Shown: one piece after another, positions 1-7,200 of the stretch
Layout of the letters: each line of letters starts with the position of its first letter
Position numbering within the stretch: the first letter of the stretch is position 1
Source: Candidatus Tenderia sp.
GTDB lineage: Bacteria; Pseudomonadota; Gammaproteobacteria; Tenderiales; Tenderiaceae
Direction of reading: 5' to 3'
DNA length: 17,372 nucleotides
NCBI GenBank assembly: GCA_031416075.1
Contig: JANOSY010000034.1
Span: 1-17,372, forward strand
The notes under the pieces: generated by a model
Seen by the model: the letters and a program-made list of their open reading frames with translations, nothing else
What the model was told of the DNA's origin: nothing
Databases searched by the model: none
Program-made: the position numbers and the translations under genes

Positions 1-132
1 CATGGCATCACGGATTATGTCATTGGCTATTACAGTCAATTCAGACCCCATACCCACAATGACGGGCTGGCACCGAATGAGGCTGAGAAGCAGTATTGGA
101 TTGACTATAAAACTGTGGCCAAAAAGACTTGA
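1..132 (+). CDS. IS3-family transposase OrfB, C-terminal fragment
   Basis: Frame +1 (not in the ORF track) reads HGITDYVIGYYSQFRPHTHNDGLAPNEAEKQYWIDYKTVAKKT*, matching the IS3 OrfB tail pattern Y-I-x-x-Y-Y-x-x-x-R-P-H-x-x-x-x-G-L-x-P. Confidence 0.88.
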   Translation, partial: HGITDYVIGYYSQFRPHTHNDGLAPNEAEKQYWIDYKTVAKKT

Positions 133-140
133 CCACTACA
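1..140 (+). mobile_element. Right end of an IS3-family insertion sequence (IS911-like), truncated by the window edge
   Basis: A transposase C-terminus (1-132) overlaps a terminus ...GTGGCCAAAAAGACTTGACCACTACA that ends in CA at 140, the IS3-family 5'-TG...CA-3' end. It resembles the IS911 right end as recalled; not aligned. Confidence 0.85.
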
Positions 141-316
141 ATCCGCGACGAACACCAAGCGCACTTGGAGAAGCAGTGATGTAACGCTACATCACGTTTT
201 TAAAAACCAGCATGCCCGCAGGTGCGTGCGGACAGACTCACCCTGAAAAAGAGTATATCCGCGCAATATTGATTAAAAATCGATGTATGAATGTGATGGG
301 TTGCTGCAACGGCGAC

Positions 317-343
317 ATTCTACGATGGAAATGGGGCAGTCAA
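317..343 (-). promoter_or_regulatory. Possible sigma70-type promoter pointing leftward
   Basis: The minus strand reads TTGACT (343-338), 15 bp, TAGAAT (322-317), then GC-rich GTCGCCG. The spacer is shorter than optimal. Confidence 0.3.
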
Positions 344-419
344 TAAAAACCCGCCCATTGGCATCCATCACCATCGAAGAGATATTTTCATAACAACTCC
401 CCTGAACATCACCGGGCTC

Positions 420-482
420 GTCCAACAAACGGTTCAGATTGTGGATCGCTCCGCTCTCACAATCTAACCTTATTCGTTAGAC
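420..482. other. attC-like integron cassette recombination site (63 bp)
   Basis: GTCCAAC (420-426) fits RYYYAAC and GTTAGAC (476-482) fits GTTRRRY. The inner stem GGTT[C]AGATTGTG (431-443) pairs with CACAATCTAACC (458-469), leaving one unpaired base at 435. R-L spacers are 5 and 7 nt, with a short terminal loop. The site lies immediately after the stop codon of the 483-1265 gene. Confidence 0.82.
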
Positions 483-1265
483 CTAGGTTTGTGGCAGAAC
501 ACCAGAGGCCTCCAAGTCACGGCGAATATCCACCACTTTTTCGACAACATTTTGAGTAAAGCGCTTCTGAATAATGCCGCCGAAGTCAGAGAACATGGAC
601 GTCCCCTCCTTGAGAAGTAGCATGACGTTCCCCCGTCCGAGTCGACCACAGAACCAACCCAACTCATAGATTACATTCGGGCGAGCTTGAAGGTAGGGTT
701 CCGTTCCAGAAGTAACTTCATCATCGGGTGTAAACACGGCAATCGCGTATGAACATGCTTGGGCGTAGTGCTCGAACTTCTCTATTACGGTCTTGCATCC
801 AGCGTCAGGCTGTTGAAGTAGGACGATAGGATTAAGGCGAAACTCAGACTGGATTATGTCTTTCAACTCTCGCCATTTCGCCTCGTCGCGGCCATGGATT
901 ACAAAGATATTTTCCTTCTGACGTAACGACTCCTCAGCCTTGCGTCGAACGAGAAGTTCTGGATTGCGGCGCAAGCGCGTCAGAGAAGCGCGAACAACAC
1001 CTAGAACATTTTCTACTCCCTTAAAGGATGGCGAGCCAAGATAGCCGAATCCGTTACTGTATTCAGCCGCAATCTGTGACGAGTAGGAGTTGTGACCCAA
1101 GGCATCGTTGTATAGATCAACCAACTCTCTGGCGTATTGTCGGTAAAGAGGATCGTCTCCTTGGACAATATGGATGCCATCTCTGGTATGTCTAAAGCTA
1201 CCGAGTATCCGAGTAAGTTCCGCCTCATAGCGTTCAAATTCAGCAATGATCTGATCGGGCGTCAA
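483..1265 (-). CDS. TIR-like predicted nucleotide-binding domain protein (CAP12/Pycsar effector-type TIR) with an unassigned N-terminal domain
   Basis: The C-terminal ~140 aa carry the family motifs IFVIHGRD, TVIEKFE, AIAVFTPDD, ARPNVIYELGWFCGRLGR and SDFGG. TTG start with RBS AGGAGA at 1276-1271. Confidence 0.88.
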   Translation of the reverse strand: MTPDQIIAEFERYEAELTRILGSFRHTRDGIHIVQGDDPLYRQYARELVDLYNDALGHNSYSSQIAAEYSNGFGYLGSPSFKGVENVLGVVRASLTRLRRNPELLVRRKAEESLRQKENIFVIHGRDEAKWRELKDIIQSEFRLNPIVLLQQPDAGCKTVIEKFEHYAQACSYAIAVFTPDDEVTSGTEPYLQARPNVIYELGWFCGRLGRGNVMLLLKEGTSMFSDFGGIIQKRFTQNVVEKVVDIRRDLEASGVLPQT

Positions 1266-1477
1266 CGAGTTCTCCTAGGTCTAACATTAAATGGACCCCA
1301 ACCTGGGGCAATCAAACACCCCACTTTGGGGTATTTCCTGATCTGGAATTTATACCCTCTTCCAGAATGAATCACAAAGCAATAGTACAAACGACGTTTA
1401 AATTATTGGGTGTCATCAGGTCATGCCTTTGATAAGGACTCTTCTGTCTGGCTTGCCACCTCGACATCACTGCCCGC

Positions 1478-2338
1478 CTAAAACCAAAACTGCGCCAGCC
1501 ACACCGCCACACTACCAAACAGAAAAAATCCCGCCAGCGCGGCGAGCGCCCAGAGCCGGTAACGGCGGGTGAGTTTATGCTGTGGGTGAACCGAGAAGAT
1601 GAAGGGACGTTCACCATCAGTGGGTTTGGCGAGCAGGTGAACCTGTGGCTGCTGCGCCCGTTGCTCAAACTCTTTTTGCGCCTGAACCTCTGCCACTTTA
1701 CGCACCAGCTGCCACTCTTTTTCGTCGATCTGGCCGTCGCGGTTGCCATCAAACCGTTTCAGCAGTGCGGCTTGATCCTGCTTCCAGCTGCGAATCAGGT
1801 CGCGGGTGATGTCGGCGGCGTTGTATTGTTCTGCGGGGTTCATGGAGCGAAACTCGCCTATCACATAGAGCGGTTGCCCCAGCAGGATTAACGATTCGGT
1901 GTAGCGATAATCGCCACCCTCGCCATACCAGACCCGTTTATCTTCACCGATGACCTCGGCCCCTTCGGGATCGACCACGCAGCGGCCGGTCTTATCCTCC
2001 AGGTAGAAGAGGTTGTCGCTGATCCCTTGCCGGATGACCCGCCAGCTATCGTTATCGCCATGTGTCTGTTTCTCTTCGACTTTGAAACGCCACCAGAGGC
2101 AATACGTGGAGCTGAGCGGCGCAATAACCGGTTCGCCATCCATCAGGCGACCCATGCCCTCCAGTTCGAGATACCCTTGGTGGGCGGAGCGGACCTTGGC
2201 AGTGGCGGTATCTTCGATCAGCCGCAGGCGACGCCAGGAACGAAAGGCAAAGTAAAAGCCGACCAGCGCCAGGGAAGTCGAGGCAGCCAGTAAAAACCAA
2301 TACTGACTCTCGCCCATACCAACAGGGAAACTATCCAA
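1478..2338 (-). CDS. GIDE/BAM-like domain membrane protein with an EF-hand-like loop (LemA-associated)
   Basis: N- and C-terminal hydrophobic helices flank a soluble domain with IEDTATAKVRSAHQGYLELEG, APLSSTYCLWWRFKVE, FYLEDKTGRCVVDPEGAEV and YRYTESLI motifs. EF-hand-like DGNRDGQIDEKE. The TTG start overlaps the lemA stop. Confidence 0.75.
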   Translation of the reverse strand: MDSFPVGMGESQYWFLLAASTSLALVGFYFAFRSWRRLRLIEDTATAKVRSAHQGYLELEGMGRLMDGEPVIAPLSSTYCLWWRFKVEEKQTHGDNDSWRVIRQGISDNLFYLEDKTGRCVVDPEGAEVIGEDKRVWYGEGGDYRYTESLILLGQPLYVIGEFRSMNPAEQYNAADITRDLIRSWKQDQAALLKRFDGNRDGQIDEKEWQLVRKVAEVQAQKEFEQRAQQPQVHLLAKPTDGERPFIFSVHPQHKLTRRYRLWALAALAGFFLFGSVAVWLAQFWF

Positions 2339-2903
2339 ACAGCGCCTTTACATCAACGTCACGCTTCTCCTCATCACTGAACTCAAGCAGGTCACGCGCA
2401 GTGAAGTTGAAATGGCGCGCCAGTATGACGTCGGGAAACTGTTCAATACGGACGTTGTTGTTATTCACACTCTCGTTGTAGTACTCACGACGGTCGGCGA
2501 TGCTGTTCTCCAGCCCGGTGATACGGGTCTGGAGATGTTGAAAGGTCTGGCTCGCCTTAAGGTCGGGATAGGCCTCGGCCACGGCAAACAGGTTGCCCAA
2601 CCCTATTCGCATCTGTGTCTCTGCCGGCCCCAGCGCCGCTACGTCGCCCGCCATACGTGCCGTTGCCACTTGCGAGCGAGCCTGCATGACACGCTCCAGG
2701 GTATCCTGCTCATACTTCATATACTGTTTGCAGGTCTCTACCAGCTTGGGCAGCTCGTCGTGGCGCTGTTTGAGTAAAATATCGATGTTTGACCAAGCTT
2801 GCGAGACGTCGTGTTTCAGCCGCACCAGGTTGTTGTAGATCATGACACCGTAGACCACGACAACAACAACCAGCCCCAGAAGTATAAATATAGTCACTGC
2901 CAT
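2331..2903 (-). CDS. lemA: LemA family protein
   Basis: An N-terminal TM helix is followed by YNNLVRL...AWSNIDILLKQRHDELPKLV, AVAEAYPDLKAS, ENSIADRREYYN and QFPD motifs. Start moved to ATG 2903, which has GAGG upstream (190 aa). Confidence 0.93.
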   Translation of the reverse strand: MAVTIFILLGLVVVVVVYGVMIYNNLVRLKHDVSQAWSNIDILLKQRHDELPKLVETCKQYMKYEQDTLERVMQARSQVATARMAGDVAALGPAETQMRIGLGNLFAVAEAYPDLKASQTFQHLQTRITGLENSIADRREYYNESVNNNNVRIEQFPDVILARHFNFTARDLLEFSDEEKRDVDVKALFG

Positions 2904-3047
2904 AAACGTTGCCTCAACTGATGAAGTTTGGGTATCCCCCGTATTAATCGGGTAAACCCCGCCTATTATTAACCATTCTGTCGTCAGAGTGTTGCAGTCG
3001 TCACGCTGCGCCATCACAATAGCCGACTATTTATCCAGGAGAGCACC

Positions 3048-3575
3048 ATGAGCGTACGCAGCTTCCAGGGGATTACCCCTACCATCGCCAGCAGCGCCTA
3101 TATTGATGAGGCCTGTGTGATCATTGGCGATGTGACGATTGGCGCGGACAGCTCTATCTGGCCCACGGTGGTTATTCGTGGCGATGTGCAAAAAATCACC
3201 ATCGGTGCCCGCACCAATGTTCAGGATGGCTCGGTGCTACATGTGACGGCTGATAACCAGTTTAACCCCGGCGGTTACCCACTCACCCTCGGTGATGGCA
3301 TCACCATCGGCCATCGGGCAATTTTGCACGCCTGTACCGTTGAGGACTTTGCCCTCATCGGTATGAATGCCACTATTCTTGACGGTGCGGTCATCAGGGC
3401 CAAGGCGCTGGTAGGGGCCGGCAGCGTGGTCTCTCCTGGCAAGGTGATTGAGGGTGGTTATCTCTGGCTGGGGACACCGGCCAAAAAGATCCGCGCCCTC
3501 ACAGAGAAAGAGCTGGACTATCTTGAATACTCGGCCCAGCACTACATCGATCTTAAAAACCGATACATGCCATAA
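3048..3575 (+). CDS. Gamma-carbonic anhydrase family protein (YrdA-like)
   Basis: Hexapeptide repeats with IIGDVTIG, IRGDV, IGARTNVQDGSVLH and IGHRAILHAC motifs, including the metal-binding His residues. RBS AGGAGAG. Confidence 0.93.
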   Translation: MSVRSFQGITPTIASSAYIDEACVIIGDVTIGADSSIWPTVVIRGDVQKITIGARTNVQDGSVLHVTADNQFNPGGYPLTLGDGITIGHRAILHACTVEDFALIGMNATILDGAVIRAKALVGAGSVVSPGKVIEGGYLWLGTPAKKIRALTEKELDYLEYSAQHYIDLKNRYMP

Positions 3576-3774
3576 ACCCACCTGAACCCGCCACCGCCTC
3601 CACTCACCGCAGCCCCATTAACACAACCAGAGCCGGGGATTAATCCACCACAATACCTGACCATTTTTCTTGGTCTATAGTGATAGATGGGATGGGCCGG
3701 GGTTTCCGGCCATACGTCGGCGAGACTATCCTGGATGTTGAAGTTCTCTCTGGCGCACACAGGAGGAACCGGCA

Positions 3775-4152
3775 ATGTACACACATAATGACACCATGCA
3801 TAAGATTCAGACGGGTGAGTTGTGGCTAACCTATCTGCTTTACATCTTCTTTTTTACCGCCCCTGTTGCTGTTTTGCTCAGCGTGATCAAGGCGGTGCAG
3901 TATCGTTATCAGCTCAAACAGGGGGATCGCCCCGACACCAAAGAGTTGCAGCAGCTCGTTGACCATTATGACTGGCTCAACCGGACCGCTCTTGTCACAG
4001 CACTGCTGGTGATGATGGCACTGGGCACGCTCTTCTACTTCTTTGGCTATTTTTTTGCCGTGGCGGCACTGGTCTGGTGGGTTTACCGCATTGGACACGG
4101 GGTCATCACACTCATGGATGACCAATCACCGCTGGTGACAACGGCCACGTAA
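3775..4152 (+). CDS. Small hypothetical integral membrane protein
   Basis: RBS AGGAGG upstream. About three hydrophobic segments, with HYDWLNRT and WWVYRIGHG motifs resembling DUF4870-like membrane proteins. Confidence 0.7.
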   Translation: MYTHNDTMHKIQTGELWLTYLLYIFFFTAPVAVLLSVIKAVQYRYQLKQGDRPDTKELQQLVDHYDWLNRTALVTALLVMMALGTLFYFFGYFFAVAALVWWVYRIGHGVITLMDDQSPLVTTAT

Positions 4153-4167
4153 CGACGCCCCATCGGC

Positions 4168-5379
4168 TCACACACCACGCGGCGGCGACTCGGCCTGAGC
4201 CGCAGGTGTGGAGCGCCACAACAGCAACGCAACAACCATCAATGCCAGCTGCCCCAGGGCCAAATGGCTGGGCAGACCACTCAGCAACGGCACCACCATA
4301 CTCGCAATCGCAGCATTGCCCAGCATCTGCACAAAGCCGTGCACGGCTGAGGCACTGCCACGGTTGAGGGGAAAACAGTCCAGCGACATCACCGTCATCG
4401 CCGGCATGGCGATACCGATGCCACAGGTATAGAGCATCAACGGCGCGATGGTGGTCACCACCATCACGGGCAGCCAGAACGACTGAGCAACATTCAATAC
4501 CGCCCCTAATGCCATCAGCGTTAACGCCAGCTTGACCGTCCGTTCTGCTGACCAGCGGTGTGCCAACCGGCCACTCAGCCAGGCCCCTGAGATCATGCCC
4601 ACCACCATCGGCACAAACATAACCGCAAAGTCATCACTCTGCAGCTGCATAAAATCAAAGATCACCGTCGGTGCACCGGCAATGTAGAGAAACATGCCGC
4701 CGAAGTAGCAGGAGACAATAAAAACCAGCGATAGAAAACGGCGATGCACCAAGGCACGGCCATAGACACGGGCGACACTGGCAGGGTGAAAGGATTGCCG
4801 CAACGCCGGTGCCAATGTTTCCGGGATCGCAAATAACATCAGCAGAAAGACCAACCCGCTATAGAGCGCCAGAAAATAAAAGACGCTGTGCCAACCCCAC
4901 AGATCATGCAGCCAGCCGCCAATCACCGGCGCAATGGCCGGGGCGATGGCAAACAACATCATCACCTGGGACATAGCACGCTGAGCATCCTGTGGATTGT
5001 AGACATCACGGATCATCGCCCGCCCCGCCGCCAGCCCACCGCCCGCCGCCACCCCCTGCATCAGTCGAAAAAAGAGAAAATGGCTGTAGCTATCCGCCAG
5101 CGCGCACCCCAGTGACGCTACTATATAAAAGAGTAACGAACCGAGAATCACCCGTCGTCGCCCCAACCGGTCCGCCAGCGGCCCCAGTATCAGTGTCGAT
5201 ACGGCAAATGCCGCCAGATAGAAGGCCAGACTTTGTGACAGCAGGGCACGGCTGATCCCAAACTCCGCCTCAATCGCCGGGAACGAGGGTAGATAGGTAT
5301 CGATGGTGAAGGGGCCGATCATGGTCGTCATAGCCACAATCAACGTCAGCCCTTTGGGCGGCTTTACACTCGGAATCAA
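4168..5379 (-). CDS. Bcr/CflA-family MFS drug-efflux transporter
   Basis: GPFTIDTYLPSFP, motif A GPLADRLGRRRV, RLMQG, AMIRD and APAIAPVIGGWL...WHSVF motifs, with about 12 TM segments. Start codon approximate. Confidence 0.92.
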   Translation of the reverse strand: MIPSVKPPKGLTLIVAMTTMIGPFTIDTYLPSFPAIEAEFGISRALLSQSLAFYLAAFAVSTLILGPLADRLGRRRVILGSLLFYIVASLGCALADSYSHFLFFRLMQGVAAGGGLAAGRAMIRDVYNPQDAQRAMSQVMMLFAIAPAIAPVIGGWLHDLWGWHSVFYFLALYSGLVFLLMLFAIPETLAPALRQSFHPASVARVYGRALVHRRFLSLVFIVSCYFGGMFLYIAGAPTVIFDFMQLQSDDFAVMFVPMVVGMISGAWLSGRLAHRWSAERTVKLALTLMALGAVLNVAQSFWLPVMVVTTIAPLMLYTCGIGIAMPAMTVMSLDCFPLNRGSASAVHGFVQMLGNAAIASMVVPLLSGLPSHLALGQLALMVVALLLWRSTPAAQAESPPRGV

Positions 5380-5520
5380 TTTTGTTTCGCTTTATCTAGG
5401 CAGGTACGTCAGGGACAAGGATAAGGCCAAAGCGCCAACAAGGCGATTAATATATAAATTGTGATGATTTTGAGGCTGGATTAACCCCTACATTTCTTAT
5501 AGAATCACCGCCCTCATCAC

Positions 5521-5596
5521 GGGTGGTTAGCTCAGTTGGTAGAGCATCGCCCTTACAAGGCGAGGGTCACAGGTTCGAGCCCTGTACCACCCACCA
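5521..5596 (+). tRNA. tRNA-Val (TAC)
   Basis: 76-nt cloverleaf: acceptor GGGTGGT/ACCACCC, D-arm GCTCAGTTGGTAGAGC, anticodon arm TCGCC-CTTACAA-GGCGA (TAC at 5554-5556), T-loop GTTCGAG and encoded CCA. Upstream TAGAAT (5500-5505) is followed by a GC-rich discriminator. Confidence 0.98.
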
Positions 5597-5687
5597 TATA
5601 GACCGGTAGTTCATCAGCGTGCTGTTTTGCCCCAACGCTTCCACACGCCAGATACATCAGTGTGTAATCGCGCACAAGAGCCTTCAC

Positions 5688-6266
5688 ATGAACATCAAAC
5701 AGCAACTATCACAACGCTGCAACGCCTGTTGCGAGCTCTGCAACAGCACCGCAAACCTCGTTGTATATGAGGTTCCGCCTATCGGCGATCTCACTGCTGA
5801 CAACTGCATCATGCTCTGCAACACCTGTCAGACCCAGATCAACACCCCTGACACCGTAGACGTTAACCACTGGCGTTGCCTGAGTGGTAGCCTCTGGAGT
5901 GCCGTGCCCGCCGTGCAGGTGATGGTGTGGCGACAGCTCAAACAGCTAGCCACAGAGCACTGGGCGCAAGAGCTATTAGAGTCGCTTTATCTTGATGACC
6001 AAACCCAACAGTGGGCCGAGGCGGGCAATACTACACAACACATTGATGAAAAAACGCCCACCCTCGATAGCCATGGCACGCCATTGCACGATGGCGACAC
6101 AGTGACCATCATCAAGGACCTGGAGGTCAAAGGGGCCAACTTCACCGCCAAGCGCGGTACCGCCGTCCGCAACATCTCACTCACCGCCAATCCGGAGCAT
6201 ATTGAAGGACGGGTGAACGGCGTACGTATCGTGCTGCTCACCTGCTTTTTGAAAAAGTCGGCCTAA
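5688..6266 (+). CDS. PhnA-domain protein (long form with N-terminal CxxC motifs)
   Basis: CELC...CNTC and HWRCL...W...PAVQV motifs, plus a C-terminal PhnA domain DSHGTPLHDGDTVTIIKDLEVKGANFTAKRGTAVRNI. Start moved to ATG 5688. Confidence 0.88.
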   Translation: MNIKQQLSQRCNACCELCNSTANLVVYEVPPIGDLTADNCIMLCNTCQTQINTPDTVDVNHWRCLSGSLWSAVPAVQVMVWRQLKQLATEHWAQELLESLYLDDQTQQWAEAGNTTQHIDEKTPTLDSHGTPLHDGDTVTIIKDLEVKGANFTAKRGTAVRNISLTANPEHIEGRVNGVRIVLLTCFLKKSA

Positions 6267-6313
6267 GCGCCTACTCACAATCTCGCTAAGGCTGTGAACA
6301 GCACCTGTAAATA

Positions 6314-7084
6314 CTAATAGCTAACCCGTGCCGTCAAACCGCCATCCACCACCAGATTAGTGCCGGTCACAAATGAGGCCACCGGTGAGCAGAGAAACAG
6401 CGCCCCGTTGGCCACCTCCTCCGCCCGCCCCATCCGTCCCATCGGGTTACGCCCCAAATAGGTGTGATAAATATCCGGTGCATATTGTTGGGCGTTATCC
6501 CAAAAACCATCTTCAACAAAAATAGTCCCCGGCGAAAGGCTGTTAACACGGATAGCCTGGGGTGCCAGCCGCCGCGCCAACCCTTTGGCATAGTGAATCA
6601 AACCCGCTTTATAGGCACCGTAGGCACTCTCCATATCAGTCTCTGCCGCCGCCACGCTGGCAATCACCAGGACCGCCGCCTCACCGGACTGCTGGGCGGC
6701 GGCCTCCAGATAGGGGAGCGTCGACTCGATGGTGACAATACTCCCCATCAGATCCACCGTGTACCCCATACGCCAATCGGCCTCCGTCGCCCCCACCCCA
6801 AAGGCACTCGGGTTGGCAATCACAATATCAATACCGCCCAGCTGCGTGGCGGCACGCCCGATCCACTGGCGCAACGCATCATGGTCAGCCACATCTACCA
6901 CCTCGCCATAGACCTCCGCCCCGGCGCTGCTCAGCGAAACAACCATCTCTTTCACCTGCGCCTCATGGCGGGCGCAAAAGGCAATACTTGCCCCCTCACT
7001 GATACACTGCTCGGCAATGGCACGACCAATCCCCCGTGTTGCCCCGGTGATTAAAACCTTTTTTCCCTGTATACCCAACTCCAT
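6314..7084 (-). CDS. Short-chain dehydrogenase/reductase (SDR family)
   Basis: TGATRGIG Rossmann motif, YGAYK (YxxxK), IRVNSLSPG and FVTGTNLVVDGG. ATG 7084 with RBS AGGAG (256 aa). Confidence 0.92.
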   Translation of the reverse strand: MELGIQGKKVLITGATRGIGRAIAEQCISEGASIAFCARHEAQVKEMVVSLSSAGAEVYGEVVDVADHDALRQWIGRAATQLGGIDIVIANPSAFGVGATEADWRMGYTVDLMGSIVTIESTLPYLEAAAQQSGEAAVLVIASVAAAETDMESAYGAYKAGLIHYAKGLARRLAPQAIRVNSLSPGTIFVEDGFWDNAQQYAPDIYHTYLGRNPMGRMGRAEEVANGALFLCSPVASFVTGTNLVVDGGLTARVSY

Positions 7085-7200
7085 CACATCACTCCTGGCG
7101 GCAGTTGCCGGATCTGTTAATCTGAGCCACAACAATAAAGGCTGGGCGTAACAGTGACTATGCCCAGACGTCCTGACTCTTTGTGCGAGCGTCTTTATCC

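Larger units (their letters stand above)
420..1285 (-). mobile_element. Solitary integron-like gene cassette carrying a TIR-like gene
   Basis: On the minus strand the order is GTTAGAC (1285-1279), RBS AGGAGA, TTG start, ORF, TAG, then GTCTAAC...GTTGGAC (attC-like site). The perfect 12-bp inverted repeats GTTAGACCTAGG (476-487) and CCTAGGTCTAAC (1274-1285) bracket the ORF. No intI gene is in the window. Confidence 0.75.

Noticed and set aside
2-184. 60-aa ORF in the track (MASRIMS...)
   Set aside because: Wrong frame. Frame +1 encodes the recognisable IS3 transposase tail, and this ORF runs across the IS end.
1279-1306. dif/XerD-like half site (TAATGTTAGAC on the minus strand), tempting because xerC is in the window
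   Set aside because: There is no XerC arm at the correct spacing, and the cassette GTTRRRY core explains the match better.
5521-5620. Prophage or genomic-island attachment site at tRNA-Val
   Set aside because: I found no adjacent integrase and no duplicate of the tRNA 3' end in the window.
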